This document shows positions 10,775-24,668 of a stretch of DNA of 64,000 nucleotides, piece after piece. Both the position numbers and the translations under genes were made by a program. The stretch is from NCBI GenBank assembly GCA_012026655.1, contig JAAILG010000012.1, positions 1 to 64,000 of the forward strand. The letters run 5' to 3'. The stretch comes from Hydrolagus affinis (Eukaryota). The notes under the pieces are model-generated. The model saw only the letters and a list, made by a program, of their open reading frames with translations, ran no database searches and was not told the DNA's origin. Position 1 is the first letter of the stretch; every line of letters starts with the position of its first letter.

Positions 10775-12082
10775 TGACCAAACATATCAATGATGACCAG
10801 TGCCTGTAAAATAATATAGTTTTGTAATTAGTAAAATAGTTATATTAGTAACAGTAAAATAATTGTATTATTTAGAGGAACAAAAGATTGCTTTTAAGTC
10901 AATTGATATGTTGAGTTTTACCCATTTCACCACCTTTTTCGTTGAAGATGGAACAGCAATACATTTATGAGATGGTAATATATCCATGAACAATGCAATT
11001 CTAACTGCACTTTATCATGGAAATGGGAAAATGTATGATTATCTTATCTATATTACAAAGGTGAACTCTTTGCTGATTAGGTAATGCTCAGAGTAGCGTT
11101 CACACAAAGTGACTACTTCCGTTTCTTCTGGTTTAAAAAGCACCAGTGATTTGAATCATTACTGGTTCAGGACACATTAGAATAACTGAAGATAGAGAAT
11201 GTGAAATTAGAAATGGGATAAAGAGAAATCTTGATGGCATTTAGTAGAAACATCATCAGTATTTGAGCTACCTATTCCCACATCATTGGATTGATAGTGA
11301 TTTGTAGTATGTATGAACAGAAAAGATAATTAAGCAATTCATCCCAGTCTTCATGGAATTGAAGAGATTGTTCACTGGGAAATGTATTAATATTCTGCAA
11401 TGACAATTTATGCATTTATTCTATCCAATTTTCAATTGGCTTAGACTCCAGGGTGCCTAGTGAAGAGAGCAAATAAAAAATCTAATTCCTATGAGCTATT
11501 GAATTAGCTACAGTTAAGAGTGCTTACATCCCTGGTGTGAAAGTACAGTTTTTGCTCTGCTGCAAAAAATGAAATGTATATTGCATAGACCAATCATTGG
11601 ATTATGCCTGAAGCCAGTTCCAATGTCAAGTGTGACATCAATTCTGTTCACTTATAAGCAAGTATAAATGGAACTTGCACTGTTCATCTTCGGGAAGGGT
11701 GATTAGGGACAGGACTCATTTAATAAAATATAACTTCTGTGCTGTGATGGGTGGGCTGTGAGGGTGGGCATTCTGGAAGGATGAGATTTCTTTAGGAAAG
11801 ATGAAGTATCTTCTTCATCCAAACCCATCTTGTGAGGTTCAGGTTGTTAGCGCTTTCCATAGCTCACTCTATTTGCTTTTATTATATTTATCAATGACTT
11901 GTGTGAGCATCAAGGCCAGGATTGTTGCGCTATAATGTTGTTATCTGTATAATGATAATACTTTTGCTGGAACTAATGAATCATTTTCATGTCAATATAG
12001 TTTAAGCAAGTTGCTTCCAATTATTTCATTATCGCCTACAAATATGCAGTCGCTATACTTTGGAGTCGATTATAGATTCTGA

Positions 12083-13024
<942 letters not shown>

Positions 13025-13349
13025 TTTACCCTACTTTACATTTGCTGTATACTTATGAAAGTAACATGTTTTCGCGGTTAAGAGCAGATTGTTCGCTGTT
13101 TTGCTCGATAATGTCAAGAGAATTTGACTTTTGTATAAGTTCATAAAATACGGAATAATGTTTTATTTAGTTAAAATGGTACAACACAAAACGCTACCAG
13201 TTTGAATGTTTTGTGCCTTTGTAGGCCTAGCCTATGTAAGGGTCAATGAATGAAACCATGGTATCTGAAATTATAAATAGTGAACTCGATTTGTTTTTTG
13301 TTTGTTTAAATGAAATTGTAATTGTACATTGATATTAGTTTACTAATGC

Positions 13350-13355
13350 AATAAA
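13350..13355 (+). terminator. Candidate polyadenylation signal (AATAAA) of otol1
   Basis: AATAAA about 325 nt after the stop codon, in an AT-rich 3' UTR-like region and before the next SINE. Confidence 0.5.
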
Positions 13356-13554
13356 CTCAGTGGCAAAACAACATGGGGGCATTGCTCTGTTCCTAATACA
13401 ATTTTCACAGAATAAGCAATAGAATTACTTGGAAAGATTGAGTAAATCCTGAATCCAGTCTCCAAATAACCTTTTTGTTGTGTCTTGACCCACCAGTTGA
13501 TTGTCCTCACAGAAATATTGAACATACATTACTGACAAACAGATTGATATTTGA

Positions 13555-13830
13555 GTGGAGTCCTGTATCTCAGTGGTTACAAGCGTGAGACCTGTGATCG
13601 AATCAGGCAGGTCAAGGCGAAACATTGGACGAGTTTCCTTACTCCACACGCCTAATAATAATCCATCCAAAGAAAACCACAATAATAAAATTGGTCATTT
13701 CAATCCATAACTGTTTGTGGGACATTGCTGTGCGCAATTGGCTGCCGTGTTTCACCCAAAATATGGAGTCAATACAACTTACAGTACATTCTGTGAAGCG
13801 CTTTGAGACTTCTAGAAGATGTATCAAATA
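13555..13830 (+). mobile_element. SINE with internal deletions, just downstream of otol1
   Basis: Head GGAGTCCTGTA.CTCAGTGG, body and partial tail. Confidence 0.85.
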
Positions 13831-16800
13831 TCCTAATAGCGAAGTTCTATGTTTCACCAGGAATGTGAACAGATTAGTTCACACCACTTCACCGCTTCTC
13901 TTAATCCCAGCTAACTGGAACAGGTGCTTCACCACAACTTTTTTGGGATTGTAGAAGAAACCAATCTTGCTGTACACTTCAATTCTTTTTTACGGCATCC
14001 TTTTGTTCCATCGGTTTATAACAATCCTACAGGTATATATTTTAATTATTATGCCTGTGTGAGGAGTATTTTCTTAGTCTCACAAACCTTGAAATCGAAG
14101 TCTGTGAATCTGTTAGGAGTGTAATTGATATTTTCTCCCCTCCCTTAAACAGTAATTATTGCCACTCCTCAAACAATTAATACGCCCAATTGCAGCTCCA
14201 CTCCACATATGAGCGATAGAGAGAGAGAGAGAGTATTGAGTGAATCCATGTGACAAACTTGGTACAAACCTTTTTTAAAAACAAAAACCGCAATCTGGTT
14301 GTTCAGACAGCATTATTACTTTACAAACAGTGATTCTGTGTATTTTAATTGAATGTCTTGATGTGTCATCCAGTCCTTTTCCTAGTTTGATTAATTTTGT
14401 TATCAGAACTGAGTTGCAGCATTAGGAAAAAGGTTTTATAATCGGAACGGCTCAACATTGCGTAACCCACACTTCAGGGAGCAGTTTCTTGTGTCAGTTT
14501 CACTTTACCAGCAGAGCCATGAAGGGAGCTCTACTTTAATCTCCTCAATATTGCTTTGGTGTGATTTAAAAATAACCTTATAAGATATGCTTTGTATCAG
14601 AAAGCTAAACTAATTTTTCAGCATGAGGAATGCAAAGAGATGGCAGTATGATTGATGGAGTATGCAAAGAAGCAACCCGAATGCAGATGCACTCCAGGAA
14701 AATACTGTAAAACGCAAGACAGGAAGATTCATGGCTCACGGTGTCTTGGGTGTTAAATCATTGTCAGTGTCTTTATATGAGGCCATGGAACTGTTCAATT
14801 AAGGTAATTGCTAGCTCAGTGGAAAAGAATTTCATTGAGTTGGCTGTTGTTGTTTTGGAAACACAATTCCAAGAAGACATCACCTTTCTATTTATGGAAC
14901 AATATGCCCTTCATGTGTAGATTTTATACTCAACAAAGACGAACCATCACGATTGACCTGAAAATTCAACACAAAGCAAGATATATAAATATATATATAT
15001 ACCCAAGGGGTTATGAAAGATTGAGGGGACAATCTTTGTTTGTATGTTTCTCAACAGTATTTAAAAATAGTTTTGAGTTAATCCATGTTGGGTTTCGCCT
15101 CAAACACAGAAAGCTGGCCCATCAGATGTACAGCATCTGTGTGCTTCCATTTGCACAGTTCAAAACGTACATTTTAAAGACACTTTAAGGATAGGTGGGA
15201 TGCAAATCAATGGGATGTCAGTGACAATCCCTCCCCTTAATGTAATGGGAAAAATTGTGGACCAATAGCCCAGTGCCGCCATGCACTGTACTAACAAAGC
15301 ATCAAATGGTGAGGGCAATCTCTTGTGTCATTTCCCATCGAGTTAGATCGAAATTAGAACAGTTTAATCCAACATGGCTAACCACCTCATCCAATCCTGC
15401 ATTGCTGCCTATACAGGCCCGCTCTATTACAGAGCATAGCTTCCTTGTTACACCTTGTGCTTGACCTCTCTACAGCTGCCTGCCTACCAGATCTATTTCT
15501 CGGGAGCATTAATACCAGGGAGGCCATTAAGTGCTTATCACTGTCTGCTCATGATTAGTGCCTTCAGACCAGACTGCTAGGAGGGCTGATCCAAAAGTGT
15601 ATTCTTCCATCGCGTCTATTAGTCAGATGCATTAGCTGCACAAAATCAATCTAAGAGACTCTAAATCCAGACAGGGCACACACTCACCCCCAAAACCCCA
15701 AATGCAGTTAGTCTTTTTGATGCATGATCCTGTCTCTTTCTCCAGTGGAAGTCAGAATCTGTATTCTAAATGGAGTAGGATGTAAAGTAATGCTTTAGTG
15801 CTTTGAAGTCAGATGCAGATGAACAAATGCAATATCCCCCTATGACACTTTGTCTAATGTAAAATATGCATCCAACGTCCAGTTCACCATATGAATTATT
15901 TGGTTAAATATTCAGGCTATATTTATAACTGGCATAATTATACTGAGTTGGCATTTGGAGTTCACGTTGCTCACAAACATCTATCATAAATACAGAAGCA
16001 AGCGAGCTTGTCTGTTTGAGATTTAAAAGCCATGAATGTTCAATTGATTTTTCTTTTAAAAAAACTGGAATGATGAAGCGCATATTACAACGCGAACTTT
16101 TGCTGAACACAATCAGATTAAATTTACAACCTTTTCACCGCTGTAAATGAATGCTCTTATGCATGTGATGAAAGGGATAATGTAAAGGCGGACAACTAGA
16201 AGGAACTGAAGGGTGACATTCGGAACTTCAGTCGGAAAAAATCATCACTGAGATGACGGTTTCTGCAGTGGACTGCGCTCTATCAACAACACATCCACGA
16301 TAGGGTTAAAGGTATCAGATGATTCAAAGTTCAAGGGCTTCTGAGATTGCTGTGCTAACCTTTTAAGAGCATGTCTCCAGCAATGAGATGTTTTGTCCAC
16401 AAATATACAGTCAATTCACTTTACAGTATATTCTGTGAAGTGCTTTGATACGTTGATGAGATGTGAAAAACACTATATCAAATGCAAGGATTAAATAATA
16501 TTATTATTTTGTGTATATCCTCCCGACACGAACAAAGGTAATTTTGTTGTTGTTGTTGTATCTGGCGGTATCTGATGACTCCAACACAGACTTGGTAAGT
16601 GAGTGTTCCTGTTTCTGTGCTGATTCAATATCATCCATATTCTGTGAAACCGTTGTCTTTGTAGAGAAGTGCCAACACTTACCCTATCCCGCCTCCATTC
16701 CTCCAGTGACATATAATAATAACAATTCTTGTATTTGACATAGCGCTTTTCACGTCTTCTAGCCATCTCAATGTGCTTCACAGAATATACTGTAAAATGA

Positions 16801-18534
16801 ATTGACTGTATATTTGTGGGTGAAACGCAGCAGTCAATTGCGCACAGCAGTGTCCCCACAAACAGTCGTGGATTGAAATGACCAATTTATGATAGGACTG
16901 ATACATACACTGGGCCGGGCTGTTGCAAAACAAACCCTGGGCTCCAACAGGTCACAAGTTCAAAGGACACAATAAAGGTTCAACAGTGTTAAATGTGCTG
17001 TGGACGGAAATCCAGAATTCTTTCAATTATAAAGATACGAAGCTCATATCCACTTTGTCCCTCCAGTCACAACATGGGATAATAAAATTATGTTTGTCTC
17101 AGTGCTTTTACTCCATCGAAATAGAGTAAAGGGTCTGTACGTACCACCAGCAACTGATACCTTGCAGTGTATAATACAGTATTTTCCCTTTTAAAGACTT
17201 ATGGAAGGATTGTCAAACTGAAGTCAGCTAAATTTAATTGTGCCTCCTCCTCAGTGATCAAATGTACAACCTCAGCATAGACGCAAAAACAGATAAAGTG
17301 ATTTTTTTTAAAAAAAAGAACGGCTTAAAAACAACATTGTGCTGAGTATTAGGGAGTAGGTGATGTTTCTGATGTGCAGTCTATTAATCAGGTGTGTTGC
17401 GTTGGAGTTGAAGATAGAATAGCTTCAAGAACATGGATCGTTGGGGGAGAAATATCAAGGTTACAATAGGTTTCAAGGATGTGAATACAGTACATTCTGT
17501 TATTATATTGTTGAAAACAATTGAGAAATATTCTAGTTATAATGCTGCAGTAGCTTTCAGCCTTATAGTGGTGAGGGTATGTAAGCAGTGCTGTGTAATT
17601 AAACATATTTGCTTTTGTCTGGTTTCAATAAACTGAATAATGGAATCAGTATATATTGATATAAGCACACAAAGAGGCAGAGATAACAGTATACATCAAT
17701 AATTTAATTGAGCTGAGTTGGCATATTAAATTTACATCAGTAAAAGACTATTATAAGTCAGAATTTTTTGTTGTTGTAACACTGAAGGTAAATTGGTTTT
17801 TACCCTCCCCTCTTGTTTTGTTACCACTTGCTTTTTATTAATAATGGAATTGTTTGTGTGTGTTATCAAAATCTTACTTTTAGCAATAAGATTTTCAACT
17901 TGTACATTTTCAGAGCCACTAATACATAAATTAAGTGTAGATTTATGTCTAATATTATACATATTAATGTATCTAGAAACATAATAAACATTCTCCCCAA
18001 AAAGAACGTTAAATTGACTTTCGAATACCTTTTGCCCTTGAAATCTTACTTGACGCAGAACGTTTGGAAGGAAAATAATAATAAAAATCTGCACAATATC
18101 TGTCTGTGAGCAGATTAGCCTATCAGTCATGGTGGCATGGGTGATTGTTTCAGAAATTTGACTAGCGTAACTATAAATGGATTCCAACGGATTATGCTCT
18201 GAGCTAGACGAAAGATGATGGCTGGTGTCAGATTGTCCTGCCAAAAGAATTAATAAAGGACCATTCTACTTGGATAACTATGTCCAATCAATTTGCATGA
18301 TGTGTGTAAATGTAGCAGCACAATGATGTAACTGGCAGAAACTAGCCTGTCCAACATCAAGTACATTTTCAATGCCCACATCCCTTTGTCCACTCATATC
18401 TTCCAAGTACAAGCAAAATGGTTTCGCTATTTAGCGAAATGCTGTGTAAAAGCTTTTCGAACAATTTGTTTTGTTTGCTCTATTGTTGACTAGAATATCC
18501 TCAGTGGGTTTGGGATTGCTTCCATTTATAGAAG

Positions 18535-18800
18535 CCTGAGACCTGTGTTCGATTCCAGGCTGGGCGAGAAACCTTGGGCAACATTTTCCTTACACCAACG
18601 CCTAGTAATAATCCTTCCAAAAAAAAACAATAATAAAATTAGGTCATTTCAATCTGTGACACTGCTGTGCGCAATTGGTTGCCGTGTTTTGGCCACAAAT
18701 ATACAGTCAATTTACTTTACAGTATATTCTGTGAAGCCCTTTTGAGACGTCTAGAAGACGTGAAAAGCCCTATATCAAATGCAAGGATTATTATTATTAG
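18535..18800 (+). mobile_element. SINE, 5'-truncated
   Basis: Starts near the B box GTTCGATTCC; complete tail. Confidence 0.85.
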
Positions 18801-19959
18801 TAGTAGCATAATAGCTTCTTCCTACCAGTTTCTCTTGCTTCCCCTCCACCCCTCTTTCTCAGATAAGTTGGTGCTCCTATGAATCAGTCATGGGTTGGGA
18901 TGTGGTTGTGAATCATCTCAGCAGATTTTAATATTCTTCGTCATAAATAAATTAGTTGCAGTCTGAAGAGATTTATTTTCGAAGCTGCCATGTAAAAAGA
19001 TTGAGCTATATTTTTTATTGTTATTTCATGTAAATCAGGAGCAAATGGATAGCGTATGTTTTTAATATGCTTTGCATTACTAACAACCAGGTGATGTAAC
19101 TGTACATTATATGTTTTGATACTGGGAATGATATATTGGATTGATCTGCAACCTTGGGAGAGATACGCTTCTCCTTAGTTATGCCTACTGTTCTGCCTAA
19201 AGCAATCATTAATTTTTCAGTGTCTTGTCCTTGAAGCTGAGACCCTTTTTTTATGGACAATCTTGCTCTTGCTGTCACTCTCAATCACTCAATTACTTTC
19301 TGTATCCTCTTATGCCTTGCAATTTTTGATACAATTGTTGTTTTAGCCCAGACTGAAACAGTTCAGTTCCTTATGGGTCAGTAACCTTTAGAAATGTGTA
19401 CTTTCCTCTTTCCCTTTCAATTAATTAATGAATGAGTTTAATTGAAACTAATTCTGTTCCCTCAAGGTTGTCTCGTTTGCCTGGTTCGATTGGGGGGAGC
19501 CATTTGTACCCAACAGCGGATTGGCTTCCGAAATGGGAGAGTGCACCAATTGGCAGAGCAAATCAGCGTAAAACCTCCACATGTTTAAAATTTTAGTTGG
19601 GGGGTGTGAAGCAGGAAGGTAGGATCCAGGTGGTGATTTGCAATCATAAGTCTCACTAATGAGGATGCAATGATAAGCGTCCCTCAGCTGGGTGTGGGGC
19701 TCGAGCTGGGTAAGTATCACAGGAGCAGTCAGGAACATTTCCCATCGAGCCAGTCTGTCCCTGTTTGTACCACAAATATCCAATAACATCAACTTTGATT
19801 TATATAGTGCCCTCCATGCCGGATGGCGTCTCAGAGAGCTTCAAATAAGCCATTGAGGTAAACGGACAATTAAAATAGAGGGCTGGAGGGATGGAAGGAC
19901 ATTGGGAGAAATTATAACCCCTAATCATTAACCAGAAAAAATGGTTTTAATAACTGTGA

Positions 19960-20222
19960 TAATTCTTGCAGTCTTCTAGACGTCTCAAAGCGCTTCACAG
20001 AATATACTGGAAAGTGAATTGACTAATTGCGCACAGCGGTGTCCCACAAACATTCGTGGATTGAAATGACTAATTTATTATAGTTTTTTTTTGACAGATT
20101 CTTATCAGGCATGTGGAGTAAGGAAACTTGCCCAAGGTTTCACCCTGACCTGCCTGGATTCGAAACACAGTTCTCACCCTTGTAAGGTGAGTGCTCTAAC
20201 TGCTGCGCTACAGGAGCTCCAC
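19960..20222 (-). mobile_element. SINE with internal deletion
   Basis: Matches the family consensus. Confidence 0.85.
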
Positions 20223-21419
20223 AGGTTGAACAACATCTCCCGACAATACATCACATGAGGATTGAACTCACAGCGAGAGTTGAGTGGACACCATAAAAGG
20301 TGCTGACGCACAATGGAAACATGGAAGAAACAATCTTGTTGATCCCAAACAAACAGGTAGTTAAAAGGTGGTTCATTCAGACAAATTATACCAGCTACAT
20401 TCATAACAATGTCTAAACATTTATTCCTGGCCTCAACAAAACTCTGCTGGTGCATGACTTGTCACGGTGTGGCTGGCTGATTGATTCAAAAGCTGGTTCG
20501 TTGCACATTATTCACCTTCCAAATCAATGGTCAATCTACGAAAATGAAAGGACTTAACTCCAGCAGAACAAATGGTGGGGAATAATTACAATACTGAAAT
20601 ACTGATAAAATAGGACACTTCTCTTCACCAATTTGAGGACTCGGGAAAGGCAGTGAAAATCATGCCACTTGCTGCAGGTTTAATTACACCCCTGGTAATT
20701 ATAATTGTCAAGTAATTTGCCATTTAGCTTTTTTCTTATCTCTAGGGATTATAGTTAAGAGGACCAAACTGTATTGTAAGAAGAAGTGTACAAGAGTTGC
20801 AAATAAGCACTTTGCTCGAGGGACAATATTGAAGATTATAGAGCTAGATACAGACTAAAATGAGCAAATACTTCAAAGGGACACTCGGTCTTCTTTGAAC
20901 TGTGGGAGGATTGAACCACGTTAAATTCTGTGAAGTGCTTTGGGGCATTCTCAGGGTGTGAAAGGTGCCACACACGCCAAATGCATGGAAGAGGGGTGAG
21001 GCTATGAGGATCGTGGGCAGTGAGACAAACTTTTATGAACTGGCTTTAGACGAGTCCGAGGAAAAGATTAATCCTCACTGGTCAAATTCTGGAAGGACAA
21101 ACGTTGAGGAGAATGAGGATGTCGCTTTGATTTTCTTTCAGGAAGCCTTGTCTGATTTGGCAGTATTCCCTCCTGTGGAAGCCTTGGTCTCTCAATCAAC
21201 ACTGAGAGACCAACTTTAAAACTCTTACACTCGAATTATTCACAGGATCTTTGCTGAGGATCTGCAAGACTCAAATCAGACTGAGATTCGCAAAGTCAGG
21301 CGGTAAAACTAGCTTTATGTTCAATCTGACACCTCCACTGAGAGTGAGACTACAGAGAGAGAAAGTGAGGAGAGAGGGTGGTTGATGTGGAAGGGAATGA
21401 AGAACAGAGGGTTAATAGT

Positions 21420-21745
21420 ATTAATAATAATAATCCTTGCATTTGATACAGCGCATTATCAAGTCTTCTAGATGTCTCAAAGCGCTTCACAGAATATACT
21501 GTAAAATGAATTGACTGTATATTTTGTGGGTGAAACGCGGCAGCCAATTGCGCACAGCAGCGTCCCCACTAATAGTAGTGGATTGTGAAGACCAATTCGT
21601 TATCGTTTGTTTTTCTTGAGGGATTATTATCAGGCGTGTGGAATAAGGAAACTTGCCCAAGGCTTTGCCCTGACCTGCCGGGAATCGAACACTGGTCTCT
21701 CGCTTGCAAGGCAAGCGCTCTAACCCCTGAGCTACAGGGACTCCA
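21420..21745 (-). mobile_element. Full-length SINE
   Basis: Matches the family consensus; TTGCAAG and GTTCGATTCC variant. Confidence 0.9.
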
Positions 21746-22681
21746 ATTTATCCACAAATTTGTGGCGCAGCAACACTCTGTGCATAATCTTCCCATCAAT
21801 AGGGGCTGAACTTACTGATGATCAAGCATGTGGTAACAATGATGATAGAAACGTGTGGTAACAAAGATAGATTGCACATAAATCTGAACTGTAGGCTGTT
21901 CACCAGCCTGGAGATCAAATTAACGGGGAGGATAAGTAGTGACTAAAGACTGCACTGTTTCCTAACAAAGTCGCCCTTGAAAATAAAATATATCCACCGC
22001 AGGTGATACGGGCACGGAAGTTGTGGTGATCAGTGACCTCATTGGCAATGTCCTCTGACCCACACTTGTAATGAGCAATTGCAGACAGCCAGTTGCGTTT
22101 TATGACCTGATTAGTGGTCTTTATTATTCTATTAAAAATACAGCTAAAACATTTCATCTTCCCAAATGAATTCCCCTTTGATATTTTGCTTTTTTACCCC
22201 CACTAACCCCCACCCCATCTCCCCTATGAACGAATTGATGGCAAATAGATTATTATTTTTTTTTACTCGTGCCTTAAAATGTGCTGGTGCATTTCACTGC
22301 CAGTTTATCTCCACGGCGTGCGCCTGTGCTTATTGCTGTAAATTGATGGGAAAACTGGAGACTCTCAATGCTGACATACACGAGCACAAGCTACAGGGCA
22401 GGAGCTGTTTGTGAGCAGAGTGAACAGGAGACGACGCTGTTGTTCTGTGTATTTGAGCAATGCAGCAAAACAAAACCCACAGACAAGACAGACACACCGT
22501 TACTGCAGAAAATGTGCTTCAAAACGCCTGATTGACCTCCCACTCCCCCAAAATAATTTCCTAAAGCTCATCTGGTATATATAAAGTGTATTTCAATTAA
22601 CAACCGGAACATTATCTGAACGATTCTCGAAGTCAAAGTAGTGATTTGAAGATCAGATGCCGTGATGATAAATGAATAATG

Positions 22682-23001
22682 ATAAATAATAACCCTTGCA
22701 TTTGGTGTAGCGCTTTTCACCGATTCAAGATGTCTTGAAGTGCTTCACAGAATGTACTGTAAAGTGAATTGACTGTATAATTTGTGGGCAAAATGCAGCA
22801 GCCAATTGTGCACAGCAGCGTCCCTCAAACAGTCGTGGATTGAGATGACCAATTTTATTATTGTTTTTTTTTTGAGGGATTATTATTAGGCGTGTGGAGT
22901 AAGGAAACTTGCCCAAGGTTTCGCACTGACCTGCCTGGATTCGAACACAGCTTTACACCCTTGTATGGCGAGTGCTCTAACCACTGAGTTAAAGGACTCC
23001 A
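22682..23001 (-). mobile_element. Full-length SINE
   Basis: Matches the family consensus. Confidence 0.9.
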
Positions 23002-23246
23002 TTTTTTGACCTTTTGGATCATATTTAGTAATAAATGTACATTGATTTGGGGGAGTTGTGTTTTTTTTTTAGAGGGTTGTATAAGGGTACTCGAAATGCA
23101 AGCTTTCCAAATTAAAGTATTGCTAATGGAAGGGCAACCTGCTGTGCTGGGGAATAGAACTGTAATCACTCTCTGCCTCAAACATGCCTTGTCTGTGAGC
23201 ACAGTTAATGTGCTCTGCTACCTGGAGCTAATAATAATAATACGAA

Positions 23247-23667
23247 AATAATAATCCTTGCATTTGATTTAGTGCTTTTCACATCTTCCAGACATCTCAA
23301 AGCGCTTCATAGAATACACTGTAAAGTGACTGTATATTTGTGGGCGAAATGCGACAGCCAATTGCGCACAGCAGTGTCCCACAACCAGTCATGGATTGAA
23401 ATGACCAATTTATTGTAAGTTTTTTTGGGGATGGATTATTATTAGGCGTGTGGAGTAGGGAAACTTGCTCAAGGTTTCGCCCTGACCTGTCTGGATTCGA
23501 AACACAGGTCTCATGCTTGTAAGGCAAGCGCTCTAACCACTGAGCTACAGGACTCCACAGACGTATTAATAATAATAATAATCCTTGCATCTGATATAGA
23601 GTTTTTTCATCTCAAAGCGCTTGGGTACTGTAAAGTGAATTGACTGTACTGAATATTTGTGGGCGAG
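23247..23667 (-). mobile_element. Full-length SINE (~23247-23558) plus an adjacent tail-only fragment (~23568-23667)
   Basis: Matches the family consensus. Confidence 0.88.
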
Positions 23668-24259
23668 CATATTTGTGAGTTATCACTTGGGAAAGGACAG
23701 CTCTTCTGTTTCTGAGACCTCGCCCGCATGAAGGGCGCTGTATGAACGCAAGTTGTTATTGTTGTTTGTAGCACTACAGTAATTAAGTTACGCTGCTTCC
23801 CAGATCCACTGTTAGTAGTAAATGGGTAAGCCTGACAGGATGTGTTTTGCCTGTAGTGTCACACTTAATGAAGAAAACAATTTCGTAGCATGCATGACAA
23901 ATCGAAATAAGGTTTTCGATCGTGTACGGTAGCTTGATTCCAAGGAAGGCCTTTGTTGTGAGAAGCCTTCATTTGGTGTTAATTATGCGACTTAATAAGC
24001 AGGCCAGATACAAAGTTGTAGCATTAGTGCCATTCACTTTTGAAAGGTTTAATTGTTCAGCAAACACCTCAATCAAATCCATGCGTATTTGTCATGATCA
24101 AGGCAACTGCGAGGATTTTATCTTTTGAGATTCATGCTGTAGATATGTTTACATCAACATCAGTTTACATATTGGACTGAAGGAAACCTCTTTCTAGGAC
24201 AGAAGAAGTTAATGAAGACAAGAACAAAACAAGATCCCGATGATATTCAACATGATAAT

Positions 24260-24359
24260 NNNNNNNNNNNNNNNNNNNNNNNNNNNNNNNNNNNNNNNNN
24301 NNNNNNNNNNNNNNNNNNNNNNNNNNNNNNNNNNNNNNNNNNNNNNNNNNNNNNNNNNN
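24260..24359. other. Assembly gap (100 N)
   Basis: Run of N. Confidence 1.
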
Positions 24360-24668
24360 AGGGGGGGGATTTGGGGTGATCGATGTGACCGTTGAAGAGG
24401 AGGGTCTTGAAGGGGGACTTGAAGGAGGCCAGGGAGGGGGCGAAGCGGAAGATGGAGTTCCAGAGGTTGGGAGTGGACTGGCTGAAGGTTTGCCCGCCAA
24501 TGTTGGGGTGGGTGGGTCGGGGGATATGAAGCAGGCCAGAGCCTGCTGAGCAGAGGGGGGTGGGCAGGTTGGTAGGGGGTTAGTATCTCACAGATGTTAG
24601 ATGAGACTGTGGAGGGCTTTGAATATGAGGACCAGGATCTTGAATTGGATCCTCTGGGTGATGGGGCG
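24360..24668 (-). mobile_element. Degraded L2-clade LINE ORF2 C-terminal fragment
   Basis: Minus-strand translation gives PITQRIQFKILVLIFKALH and IGGQTFSQSTPNLWNSIF...LASFKSPFKT, typical of the L2 ORF2 C-terminus. Confidence 0.8.

Noticed and set aside
20965-21219. 84-aa acidic ORF
   Set aside because: Starts in a SINE-tail remnant, has no recognisable domain and no convincing partner exons.
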